Below are positions 50,518 through 62,885 of a stretch of 64,000 nt of DNA, piece by piece. Positions within the stretch are counted from its first letter, which is position 1. The number at the start of each line of letters is the position of its first letter. The stretch spans positions 77,314,001 to 77,378,000 of the forward strand of contig NC_067400.1 in the NCBI RefSeq assembly GCF_016432865.1, read 5' to 3'. This stretch comes from Antechinus flavipes. Lineage: Eukaryota. Both the position numbers and the translations under genes were made by a program. The notes beneath the pieces were generated by a model. The model was not told the DNA's origin. It searched no databases and was given only the letters and a program-made list of their open reading frames with translations.

Positions 50518-53025
50518 TCTTTTGTATTCTAGAGGCTAATTGGCTACTTCTGCTACTGGTGTTGCTGCTGGGTACCAGTCTGGGCCTGCTGCTCTGCTGT
50601 TCTCCTGTCTCCTGAGGGATTTAGTTGGGGGGAGGAAAGGAAAGGAGAAGGGAAGATATGCAGGCGATTAATGGAGCATAAGTGCAAATTCTACACAGTG
50701 TCTGGCACCTGCGTCCCCTAGACTCATTCTCTCTGTTAAATCCTCCAGCTTAGAATGCATGTTAGAATCCTGAAGTTGCTCTCTTCTTTAATTAGTCTTA
50801 CGGAGGTACTCTAAAAGAAAGGAGGATTTTGAAAATATAAATTGTGATTCTCACCTATTTAAGGAGTTAATCTGTTATTATGCCTTTTGTTCACATTTGA
50901 CACAAATACTAACAAAATAAACATATATAGAAAAATTGTTAATGCCCTTGCAAGGAGGATTTACTTTCAATGCTTTAAGACAGTATGGTCTATTTATTTA
51001 TTTAAAACAAAACAAGACAAAACAAAAAACACCCAGTTGCCTTCTTAGAATCAACAGCAAAAACTGTTCCTTTTGTTAGTGCAAGACCACAGATAACAAA
51101 TAAAAGAAACCACAAATAGATTATGTTTGTGTGTATCACATGACTGCTAACTCAAAATGAGGAAGAAAATGGAAAAATCTTGTTTCTTACAATCATTTAT
51201 AAGAATTAGCTTATTATTGGTTAAATTATCTTCTCTGTTGGCTGAACATATATTCTGTGTTCTTTTTAGGTTGATGAATGTCTGTCCATGTAACATGTGT
51301 TATTCAAAATTAATATAATATATAACATGTGTTATCACAATTATATAATAAAATTTATGGGTTTTAAACATTCTGTCAGATGTCATAAATAGGAATGACT
51401 ATGAAATTGATTTTACTTTCAAAAAGAAAAACCATGAAGAAAAGAATTAGGATCTTATGTTAAATAAGATTTTCCATTTTTCCATAGGTATAGTCAATCT
51501 TTTAAAGAAGTGGTAGAGCATGGGGCAGTGGAAGTTTCTCTAAAAGAATGGAAAATTAGGGAAGGTTTAGAATAGTTTCACTTTAAAAGGCTGAGAAACT
51601 GTGCCTAACTTGGCTCCCTCAGAGAGCCAAGAGAGAGTTCTCTATAGAGAAGTCTGAGGTTATTGTGTTGAATGTACATAAGGGCAGTAAGTCAGTCCCT
51701 GGAAAGGTGACTTATTATTTAAGCTCTCACTGAGAGTGCCATTTTCTCACACACTGCTTCCATATTTGAGGCCTATCATAACACAAGCAGTAAAAGCTCT
51801 GTCTCAAGGATCTAGTCCTTTAATTGAAGAAAAAGATTTGGCCAGCTCTCTAGCAGCATGGTTTGGTGGAAAGAATACTAGATTTGGAATCACCTCTGTT
51901 ACTTTCTAGCTATTACTTGATTGTTTAGAGCTTCATTTTCTTCATCTATAAAATAGAAAAATAATATTTGCAGATCCCAATTCACAAGGCTGTTACAAAG
52001 CTTTAGTAGATAATGTGAGTAAAAAAGTTCTTTTTACTGATCAAGCTCAATATTATTGTAACTGTTTTTCCCACCAAGTACAATTAAAAGGGGGAAATAT
52101 AAAGACCCCCCCATCTTAAAAGGGTGGGCCATGTTCAGTTCCAGTTCTTCAAGGAAATGAAACTCTAGCAATTTGGCTGTAAGATTTAGGAAAATGAATT
52201 ATCTAATGGTTCCTGTCATTTAGACAGTGAAATTCAGCCTCAGAAGTGAACATATCCTTGTTTCTGTATTGGTTAAAGGAATCAGTGATTTTTTTTTTTT
52301 AGTTTTTTAATTTTTAAAAAATTTGGATATCTCCCACACTTGACAAATGTTGCTTGTTCTTCTTTCTTTTCCCCTTAATCAAATTGATATCATAGATATA
52401 GTGCTAGGAGAGACTTTAGTCTCTCATTTTACTGATGAAGAAGCTAAGGCTCAAGGAGTTTTCAAAACTTGGTCAAGAGCTCATAACTACTAAGTATTAG
52501 AGATGGGATTGGAATCCATGTCATCCTAATTCAGTCAGTTGTCAAAATGACAACTTTCTTTTTGGGTTAGAGATACTTTCCAAGGTCCATGGATTCATGG
52601 AATGGTAAAGCTGGATGGGTCCCTTGACATTCGTTAGTTTACCTCCCTCATTGTGCAAATGAAAAATCTATGGTCCAGGGAGAGTAAATATATTATTGAA
52701 ATAGGAAAAAAAAGATATCTAGTGTCTTGATTTTGCAGTCAGTAGAAATTGTTCTGTGGCCCGTGTGATCATGTTTGAATGTCTTTTAAGAGATACTAGA
52801 TTGTTAGTTAAAGTAAGAGTTAAGTAAAAGTTAATAATTTTGGGGTATTATGTTAGACACAGAGGCAGGCTCCCAGGACAGGCATTCCTGTTGCCTGAAG
52901 TAGCAATGGTTAGAAATCTCTGCTATAAATAAACCTTTGTACATACCGCTTTCCTTTATTGTTATTCTTGGAGGGCAGCTTTTATGTATTTATTTTTCAT
53001 CCTTTTGATCTATAAAGTTCTGGGG

Positions 53026-53158
53026 NNNNNNNNNNNNNNNNNNNNNNNNNNNNNNNNNNNNNNNNNNNNNNNNNNNNNNNNNNNNNNNNNNNNNNNNNNN
53101 NNNNNNNNNNNNNNNNNNNNNNNNNNNNNNNNNNNNNNNNNNNNNNNNNNNNNNNNNN
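53026..53158. other. Assembly gap (N)
   Basis: Run of N. Confidence 1.
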
Positions 53159-53483
53159 GGGTGTGTGTTCTGGGTGTGTGTTCTTTGGGACTTTGAAGAA
53201 GTACCATTTAACACCAAGAGAAACACATGCTTCATTTACCTCTTGGTTATCTTTGGATTGGAAATCTGTAATATGTTATTTTCAAATGAGAGAGACCCTC
53301 AGATAGGTCAGGAATTGTTGTTTTTTAAGATTGGTGAATGAAGATGGCAGGGGAAGAAGAGCTTGGAAATACTAATTATCTACTCAGTGCTAAGTTTTGG
53401 CCTCACCTAGCACCTTAAAAGTAGGAAAACTGAATCCATGGTCTTGAGTCTTTCTGTAAGGATAAGATTTTTTTTCTTCTTAG

Positions 53484-53485
<2 letters not shown>

Positions 53486-53521
<36 letters not shown>
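53486..53521. repeat. Poly(A) run (another at 16316-16340)
   Basis: Direct reading. Confidence 0.95.
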
Positions 53522-53524
<3 letters not shown>

Positions 53525-53559
53525 GACACTGTCATAGACATGGAAAATGCAAAGTCAAA

Positions 53560-53860
53560 ATTGAAAAAATCTCTGGCCTCAAAGGAGATAAGATGTATTG
53601 TTGTGTATAAATATATATAAAATGATTCAAGGCAGTTTTCAGGTGAAGGAATTAGCCACTGTGTAAACATAAGGTAGCATGTATGCTGAGTCTTGAAGGA
53701 GAGCAGGACATCTCAGGAGTCAAGATGAGAGAATGAGAGACAACCAATGCAAAGAGATGGAGATAAGATATCTAGTCTGACTAGAGTATTGACCAAATGA
53801 AGGCCAGAAGGTTAGGTTGGGGCCAGGTTGTGACCCAATGAGAATTTCTATTTAATTCTA
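53560..53860 (-). mobile_element. L2 LINE remnant (others at about 7400-7520, 9510-9800, 12330-12480, 54480-54790)
   Basis: ctctggcctcaaaggag...gctgagtcttgaaggag...ggttggggccaggttgtga pattern of antisense L2. Confidence 0.55.
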
Positions 53861-54803
53861 TAAGAAATAAGAATATTGAAAATTCTTCCCATATTCAGCA
53901 TTTTTCTCCTTCAGAACTCAAAGTACTTCACACATCCTGCAGTAGTTTTCTTATGGCATTTGTGTGAGCCAAATAAAAGATACAACAAAGTGAGTTATAT
54001 CCTGATGAAATTGAGATTGAGTACTTTTCCTTGCCTCCGTGTTCTTTAAGGCCCCTTCTGGCTCTAGATAAAAATCTTGTGACCATAAAGTAATGCAAGA
54101 GGAAAATCAGAACTAGGAACCCAGACGTCATGGGACATCTACCCTTAATCCAGAATGGTAAACCTCTTGTCTTTGGATTACCTCCTGTGCTATGTACACA
54201 TTAGGAACCTGATAATGGACATTCTCTTCCTACCAAGAATCCATTGTAGTTAGATATTGGTCATTTTCTTCTACTTAATGTGAATAGGAGGCAACAGAGT
54301 CAAGAGTTCCATCTCTGGACGCAAAGGTCAATAATGCATTGTTATAAGTGTATGTCACATTGCCTTTAGTATTGAGAGAGAATTCTGCTGACATTATTTC
54401 TTGCATACATTCTATTTTGATCAGGTTACTTCTTGGACCTCTGTGACTTTGCTGTTTTCATCCTATCCTGCCCATCTCCAATTTGTCAGTTTCCCACATT
54501 TTTTGAATTAGTGTCTAATACAACCCCCTCATTCCAAAGTAATTTTTCATCCCCTATGAAGCCATCCCTCATTCTGTCATTTTGTGAAATTATCCTTCTC
54601 CTTCCTTAAATTTCATATAACACTTTTCTTTGCATTTATCATTGTACCATAATATTTATGTTCCCATTCCTCTGTTTCTACCTCTATTGCAGTGTAAACT
54701 CATAGAAAGTAGGGTCTCTCATTTCATTTTTACATTTCTAATGTTGTCCCTTAAATAGACATTTAATAAATGCTTGTTCATTCTTGGGGATATATATATA
54801 TTT

Positions 54804-54804
<1 letters not shown>

Positions 54805-54836
<32 letters not shown>
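54805..54836. repeat. (AC)n microsatellite
   Basis: Direct reading. Confidence 0.97.
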
Positions 54837-54839
<3 letters not shown>

Positions 54840-55694
54840 ACTTGCAGAGACTAATAGTTATGAACTACAGTTGATAGCATATTTGTATTGGCACTTATTC
54901 CTAGTATCTTAATTTTTAGAATAATGTTATGGGTAGCCATTTTTATCCCACAGACCTAGTGCTGAAAGATACCTTTAGATACACTTAGAAAAAATGAATT
55001 TAAGAGAGGATAAAATGGCATTTGACCATTGTGATTGGCTGAGTAATTCCAATGCATACCCTAAGAATGGCTGAATACATCCATGCTTTTGTGAATTTTT
55101 TGAATACATCTTACAGTCTGATTTGGTAACCTAGATTTAAAAAAATATTCATTATTTAAACAAGCATTTATTAAGCATCTGCAATATGCTGAGAACAGCC
55201 TAAGACATCAGGATACTGTGCTTGATGTTCAGTGCTAACTTCCTCTCTGTTAAACCTAACTTAATAGAAATTAAATATGGTTTCAGTTATTTTGTTTCAG
55301 AGGAAAATGCTAAATATGTATATTGTCATGTATACATATTTCCAGGTTACTCAGAGTTAATGCCTAAATGACCATCATGATAAAAAATTCTAAATTGCTA
55401 GGAAAATAGCCAAATAATGCCAGTTCTTCTGGTTAATCTACTTGTTTTCAAATTCCTAGAGTTTCATTTTTAAAAGTTTACCTTGAAAAAAAATGGGATC
55501 CTTGTTGGTTCTTGAGGTAATGTGCCAATATTTTATAGCATTCTTAGAGATGGGTACATTGTGGTGGAATAGATAGTAGGTATAGCACTATAAGTTAGAA
55601 TTAGGATTTGGATTCAAGTCAGAGGGTTTGGTTTGAAGCAGCCTTTATCAAGTAACTTAATTTCTTTAGAACTCAGTTTCTTCATCTACACCCC

Positions 55695-55862
55695 CACTTC
55701 TTAAATCATGGGACCCTCTGTGGGATCTCATAACTGAAAGTGTGGGGTAAAATTATGATTAATTATCAGCAGGTGTTTGATTTATATACCCATATGCCTG
55801 CGGATATGTAAAAATTTCTTGGGCAAAAAGGAGTTATGAGTGGGAAAAATGTAAGAAGTTCT
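55695..55862. mobile_element. hAT-Charlie-type non-autonomous DNA transposon remnant
   Basis: cttaaatcatggga...aaaattatgattaattatcagcaggtgtttgatttatatacc...aaaaatttcttgggcaaaaagg...gaaaaatgtaagaag resembles a marsupial Charlie MITE. Confidence 0.6.
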
Positions 55863-58714
55863 GATCTATACAGAAATTTGGAGCATTAAGACTTCTGAGA
55901 AATGTAGCTAGAAATTATAATTTGAATAATTACCTTATTGGAGTTTTTACTATGACATAAGAAAATATGAAAATACAGCTGAACATGTACTGGGAAATAA
56001 AATTGTTTTTAAGAAAATAAATCCTGAAATATTAGTATTGCCATAGGTAAGAGAGAATGATCTATATTGGGAATTTCTACCCTAGCTCTATATTCCAAAT
56101 TTTAGTAGGTGAATGTGGCAGTTTTTTTTAGTATTTTCAATTATCTTAATATAAAAATGAAGATAATATTTTCTCCATCCCTTCCCAACCTTGTGTGAAG
56201 ATCTTAATGGATGAATTTTTTCGGGAAAGGGCTTATAAATATAGGTGATATTGCTATCAACTTGTTAATGGATCAGAAAAAAATCTGAGCAGATCATGTG
56301 GCTATTTTGAAAGATAAGGAAATAAGAACAGCAAAGTGTATTTTGCATTTATACAAGCCAAGAACCTATCTTGCCAAATGGCACTCTCTCCATGGGTATC
56401 CCAGTGGTGGTAGTTCCCATTGTTTTCGACAGATCTGTAGATTTAGAAGGTTGCAGTGCTGCAAAACATGTTATTTGGAGTCATTCTGTACTGCCAGGTA
56501 AGTGAGGAGAAGTAGACCACATGACCCATGACAGCTTTATAGTCTTAAGGGTCAGATTCCAGGATTTTCATTGTTTCAGTGTGTATGACTCTGCTCTTGC
56601 AACCTATCTTTATTCTTGGTGTATTCTAGCTGTGAAAAAAATAACCCTAATTAAAGAATGATCTGGCTGCATTCTTCAACCTTGAACTTAGCTTTTTTCT
56701 ACTTGCAGAAATTTTGACAAAAGTGAATAAGCATTCAGAAGGCTGTGTCACACACCTGTGTGAGGTTTAAATTTTTTTTTCCTGCTTTACTCCCACTACA
56801 TTCAGCCCAATCTTGAAGTCTTATATGGTTTTCTTGTATAATGAGCATAGGAGGATCCGGAAATAATCCTCTCAGCTGAGAAAAGCCTTTTATAAAGTCA
56901 TTCCCACTACTGTCATTAAATGAGCTAGCAAGACCATGGGCAGCTTGTGAGCTCAATTACTAAGAGATTTTAAAAAATATTATTTCATCCATTGTAGGGT
57001 GAATAAAGCTATAATTAAAATGAACAGTTAGGGCAGCTTTTGCTCTATTGAGGCGTTAAATCTTTATGTAAACACAATCCTTGTCTGCAAACATGGTGCT
57101 TTACAGTTGGGTGATTTAGGAAGCCAAACCAGTTAAGTTTTGAGGTCTCTGGGTCAAGGATCTCTTTTGACACGGCTTGAAAGGTCACCTGCTCATTTGC
57201 TTTTGCGTTAATGCTACCCGGAGAACTGGAAGCAGGCATGATTCTTGGCAGCACAATGAGGCCCTGTCTGACATTTGGCAGATAACGGTTTATGATGGAG
57301 AGGGAAGGAATCTGCAAACAAAGCCAGACTCAGTTACAGCAGCAAATCGGGAGTACTTCAGAAAAATCTCTGGAGCACTTGCAACAAAATTGCTTGAATG
57401 TTGAGAAAACAGCCGTTATAAAATATAAATGTGTTTTTTATTACACTGGGCCTATACTATATAATTTTATACACACTCATATATATGATTTACTGCCTTA
57501 GTGTGATATCAAATAGAATCTAGCTAATTTACCCAAATTGATAGGGAGGCCCACTGAAGATTATCCAATTGTGTAGAGCAGTAACTGGGGGAAAATGATT
57601 AAAAAAATTTTTTTAAGACGGCTGCTACATCAGAAGCATTCTTTGTTCATTTATTTTGATAAGCTTAGTTTAGTTTTAATTATTCATGATAACGCCTCCC
57701 ATTTAACTAGGCAAATGGTCTGTGTGAGTGTGTGCTGTAAAGCAGAAGAATTAAAGTTGCTGCATATTGGCTAGTTTTTTCATACACTCTGTGATGATTT
57801 CAAATTCAAAAGGTGAGAAGTGTTGATTTCCCTTAGCACCTGTCACCACTGACTGAGGTGTGTGGGCAGGTGCTTTTAAAGATGAATCCTACATCTCCTA
57901 GGCAGGAATCGGGAAAGGGCATTTAAGAATACCAGTGTTTTCTTAGGGAGGAGAGAAGCAAAGACCAACAAAGAGAAAAAAAAGACCTTTTCATCTGGCC
58001 CATGTCCTTGTCTTGAATCAGCTTCCAACAATTATTATTAACAACTTTCTAAAGTGCCTTTTGCCTCAATTTTATGCTTAGTTAAATATTCTGGAATTTT
58101 AAGAAAGGAAAATATTTGGGGAGCTTTCAGGAGGAAAGACATGTTGGGACAAACTTATTCTGCTGTTGATTATTCCTTAAGCATACAAAGTTTCATGGTT
58201 CATGGCTTTTGCAAGCAAATTTTATATTTAGAAGTTATTAAGATGCTGAAAAAAACTTGATAGTATATTTATGTAGATTCATTCCTTCTAGAGTGAAGAC
58301 AATAATCATCTACATCATGTATCAAAGTGTTCTGTATTCCTTAAAGCATTGGGTAAAATGGTAGTTGCTAATACTATTTGTATGGTGCTTTACAGTTTTC
58401 TCTTTATCATCAGTCATCTCATTCCAACATGTCAGAACTGATAGGAAGAAAGTATTAGAGAATACTAGATTTGGAACAAGAGGACTGGCTCTCCTACTTA
58501 ATACCTGTATGAACATGGGCAAATCACTTAACCTCAACCTAATTTTCCCCATTGGCAAAAAATGAGAAAGGAGCAGTGAGTCTTTAAAAACCCTTCCATT
58601 TCTAAAATCTGTGATCCCCACTTCACCAATGAAGTGACCAAAGCCCAGTGCCCAGAGTCATAATGACAGAGGCATTCTTTCAATAGACCTTTTGATTTTC
58701 AGGCTAGTCTATGT

Positions 58715-58952
58715 TATTGTTGTTCAGTTGTTTCAATTGTGTTTGACTCTTTGTGACTTGCTTGGAAAAGATACTGGAGTGGTTTATTATTTCCTTCTCT
58801 GGCTAATTTTACAGATGAGGAAATTGAGGTACACTTGGTTAAGTGACTTGCCCAGGGTCACACCACTAGTAAGAGCTGAGGCCATATTTGAACCCATAAA
58901 AATGAATCTTCCTGATTCCAAGACCAGTATTTGGTTCATCAACCAGCTGCCC
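58715..58952 (-). mobile_element. MAR1-type CORE-SINE
   Basis: ttgttgttcagttgtttc...gcttggaaaagatactggagtgg...gatgaggaaattgagg...ccagctgccc. Confidence 0.85.
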
Positions 58953-59949
58953 TATTCTACTATCCTATTCTCAAATAGCTATTGCCCTAGATGTTCTTGT
59001 GAGCTCTTTTCCCTCTGAATCCCCCCCTGATGGTCTTCAGTGCCTTGACCCCGAAGTGTTCACATTTCATAAAATTGACTGATGTTGCGGTGACTTGAAA
59101 TTTGACACTGAGGTCATTGTATGGTATTTCAAATTATCCTTTTACTGTATGCTGTATAAAGGCATACAAAGCACTGTCCATGTTCCCTATCCTTGATTAG
59201 GTTTTGGGAAAGAAGGATTGGAACAGAATAAAGATACCATATTACTACCCCTCCCCCCAATATATGGCAGCTTTCCTTAGCCTTTTATATTTTTTTAAAC
59301 TTCTCAGTTTTTCTAGTCAGCTGTGGTTAGGAAAGGGAGCCCCTCACAGACCTTCTGTTGCTCAGATGGCAGAGGTCATGGGTGATGTATATATTCTCTA
59401 TAGCCATGCCTCAGAGCTATATAGGATGTGATCTATCTTCTTGGTAGCTGTGGAGGAAAAGTAGATTCCTATAAAATGGAGATGCTGAATGTCCTTCTAG
59501 GCATACTGTATGGAATAATATAAAGTCATTGTAAAATATGTTTCCCTTTGAAATTCTTTATAGACACTGGGGATATTTTAGAAATGAAATTTTAGCCAAG
59601 GAAACAGATATAAACCTTGAAGTGTAATAACAATGCTGCTTTATGTTTGTACAGTTATGAGAGTTTATAGGCTCTTAGAGTTGGGAGAGATTTTCAAGTG
59701 CATCTGATCCAGAAACAAAACCCAGAAAAGTTGGGCATTCTATTGCCTATCCTGTAGGCAATTGATCTATTGAGTGATCATCCAAGGTCACACAGGTTAT
59801 ATTTATAGCAGAGTTCAACATTTGAAATGTCACAATATTAAAGAATCTCCAAGTCAAAAGAATCAGAGAGAATATCTTATGCAATCTGTTCTTGATCTCT
59901 ATAACACATCCATCAAGTATTTATCATCTCTGCTTGAAAAATCTTGAGT

Positions 59950-60054
59950 GGGGCATCTAGGTGGCACAATGGATAGAGCATTGACCCATGTGTCAGGAAG
60001 ACTTGAGTTTAAACCCTGCTTCAGTCAGACATAACTGGCTGTATGACCCTGGGC
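59950..60054 (+). mobile_element. Marsupial CORE-SINE 5' head, cut by an assembly gap
   Basis: ggggcatctaggtggcacaatggatagagc...gagtttaaaccc (A/B-box-like) ...tgaccctgggc, then N. Confidence 0.85.
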
Positions 60055-60235
60055 NNNNNNNNNNNNNNNNNNNNNNNNNNNNNNNNNNNNNNNNNNNNNN
60101 NNNNNNNNNNNNNNNNNNNNNNNNNNNNNNNNNNNNNNNNNNNNNNNNNNNNNNNNNNNNNNNNNNNNNNNNNNNNNNNNNNNNNNNNNNNNNNNNNNNN
60201 NNNNNNNNNNNNNNNNNNNNNNNNNNNNNNNNNNN
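60055..60235. other. Assembly gap (N)
   Basis: Run of N. Confidence 1.
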
Positions 60236-60944
60236 AAAACTTCCTACTTTTAAAAGCAACCCATTTCATTTCATGGCACCTTTAACTGCTAGAAAGTTTT
60301 TCCTTATATTGAGCTTAAATCTTGGGCTTTTTTTTTTTAAGGTTAATGATTATTTATTGAAAGAATTATTAAAAGCAGATAATGGGAAATAGGAATCCAG
60401 TAAGAACATAAAAACATTCTGTTTGAGTTCTAGCTGGTATTTATGTTATCCATACTACACATATTAATATACCAATTTATACTACAAAAGCTGTAAAGAA
60501 GTATTTAGATTCCAATGTTTGTAGGTCAACAAAGAAGTACAAAAATTCCCATTAAATTATATATGGAGGGATAGGAGGTAGGGATATTTTCTACAAAAAT
60601 TCTTTCATTTCCACAACTTCCTCTGTTGTTCCCAATTCTGCTCTCTGGGGCTAAGTAGTATTAAGTTTAATTTCTCTTTCCCAGCCCAATTCTTTAAATA
60701 TTTGAATGTTTGAATTCTATCCTGGTACTATGATTTTTCTAGTAGGCTATGAATTCCCAGTTCCTCTGATTCCATAAAGCAGGGATTTGAGGTTTTCACC
60801 ATTCTACTTCTCCTCTTCTGGATACTCGCTAGTTTGTTAATTTTCTTCCTAAAAGGGGATGCTTTGATCTAAACAGAATTCTCCAGATATTATCTGTCAA
60901 AGGCAGAAAACAGTGACACAACTGTTGCTTTTGATATTCATGAG

Positions 60945-61181
60945 TCATTTCAATCATGTCTAACTCTTTATGACTCCATTTTGGTGTTTTCTTGGCAAAG
61001 ATACTGGAATGTTTGCCATTTTCTGTCCCAGGTCATTTTTACAGATGAGCAAACTGAGGCAAACAAGGTTAACTGATTTGCCCAGAATGCTACAACATGT
61101 AAGTGTCTGAAGACAATTGAATTGAAATTGTGTCTTCCTGATTCCAACCTAGTGCTCTATCGATACACTGTGCTGCCTAGC
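60945..61181 (-). mobile_element. MAR1-type CORE-SINE nested in L3
   Basis: ttttcttggcaaagatactggaatgtttgccatt...gagcaaactgaggcaaacaaggttaac; L3 sequence on both sides. Confidence 0.8.
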
Positions 61182-62634
61182 GGCTTTTCTTAATATAGCC
61201 TAAAATCAGATTAACTTTTTTTTTAGCTGCCATATCACAATATATTAACTCATATCAAACTTTCAATTCACTGAAGCCCTTGGCTCTTTTTTCAAACAAA
61301 CTGCTGTCTAATTATACCTCTGTCTTATATTTAGGATGATTATTGTTTGTACCCAAGTGTAAGACTTTACAATTATTTATTTATTATCTATCCAGTTTCA
61401 TCTCATACCTTTAGAGCGGGAGAGACCTTAATGAATATCTAATATCTCCTAATTTTGTGAGGGAGGGAGCAGAATCCCAGCGTCTCAATGATTTGCCCAA
61501 GATAGGAAAATGAGAGAGCTGGGTTTTAAACTCAGTTTCTCTATGATTTCAAATCTGACAGTTTTTTGCCCACATCATTCTGTCTTTTGAGATTCAACTT
61601 AGAAGGTTAATCCTGATGAGATCTTTTTGGGTATTGATTTTGTCCTCCATTAGGTCAGTTATCCCTCCTATCATCATGTCATTGGAAAATGTGATAACTA
61701 TAGCATAAATATCAGGCATACCAGTCAAAATAGAGTAGAATTTAGGCTCTACAGTGGAGCATGCCTTTGTTTTAATCCTATCCATTTCTACTTGGGTCTT
61801 TTAACAACTGCTGCCTTACAACAGCCCTCAGAAAAAGAACAGTCTCTCTCTCTCTCTTTTTATGTGCTTCTTTTTCATTTTTCTTTTCTAATTTCCTGCA
61901 TTCCATAAAAGCCTATTCCAATGAAATTAAATGGACTGAGGTGAAGTGACAGTTGCAAATAGCACTTAGCTTTGAAGATGATCTAAAATACTAGAACTCT
62001 GTGAAATTATGGTTATAGCCTGAAACACACAGCAGTTATTATTATGTTAAGGGTACAGAAAAGACTACATACTCTTTGTGGCTTTTAGGCTGTATTTGCA
62101 CATGGTGATACAGAGAGGTATGGGAACTGTTTTAATAATTTTAATTACATAGAGAACTCCCACATAAGAAAAATCCCTCTACCAAAACAGGTATGCATCT
62201 TCTCTCAAAACTGTGGTCTTAGAAGAGAGATTAACTGACCTTCCCAGGGTCATATTCCCAGGTAAATTCCCTATTCTCTGTGATTCTAAGGCTGTGACCC
62301 AGACTAGCCATGTTAATATAGTTAGCATCTCACATACTGGAAAGATAATTTATACTGACTCTAAATTCAGAATCCTAAAATAAAGTTTATTACTTTTTTA
62401 CTTGATCACTTCCTAATAATTTCTATCAAAAACTCTTGCAAAGAAGCTAATACATTGACCAAATCTGACAATATATTAGCTCACACTAATAGTTCATTAT
62501 CTATTATTTTTTCATCAGTCCTCTGGTATCAAGAATTACATTGATATGAGTTCTGATGTTCTTTTAGCTTTGTTTTTCCATGACAATATTCTTAATAATG
62601 TTGGGTCTCATTCTTTTAATTCTACTTAATTTTT

Positions 62635-62885
62635 GTTGTCGATCAGTTGTTTCAGTCATGTCTGCCTCTTTGTGACCCCAATTGGGGTTTTCTTGGCAAA
62701 GATACTAGAGTGATTTGCCATTTCCTTCTCCTGTTCATTTGTCAGGTGAGGAAACAGAGGCAAACAAGGTTAAATGACTTGCCCAGAATCACACAGCTAG
62801 TAAGTTAGTAAGGTTAGATTTGGCTCAGAAAGAGTCTTTCAGACTTTGGACCTGACATTCTATTCTCTGTGCCATTTGCCTGTCC
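62635..62885 (-). mobile_element. MAR1-type CORE-SINE
   Basis: cagttgtttcagtcatgtc...gtgaccccaattggggttttcttggcaaagatactagagtgatttgccatttccttctcc. Confidence 0.85.

Larger units (their letters stand above)
59860..61790 (-). mobile_element. L3/CR1 LINE remnant interrupted by nested SINEs and a gap
   Basis: Minus ORF 61594-61785 VITFSNDMMIGGITDLMEDKINTQKDL resembles the CR1 RT motif FADDTKLGG...RIQKDL. Collinear CR1-like pieces at about 61185-61400, 60560-60930, 60236-60310 and 59860-59945. Confidence 0.75.

Noticed and set aside
50518-50615. Signal-peptide-like stretch LLLLLVLLLG
   Set aside because: Arises from a (GCT/CTG)-rich run with no start codon or splice support.
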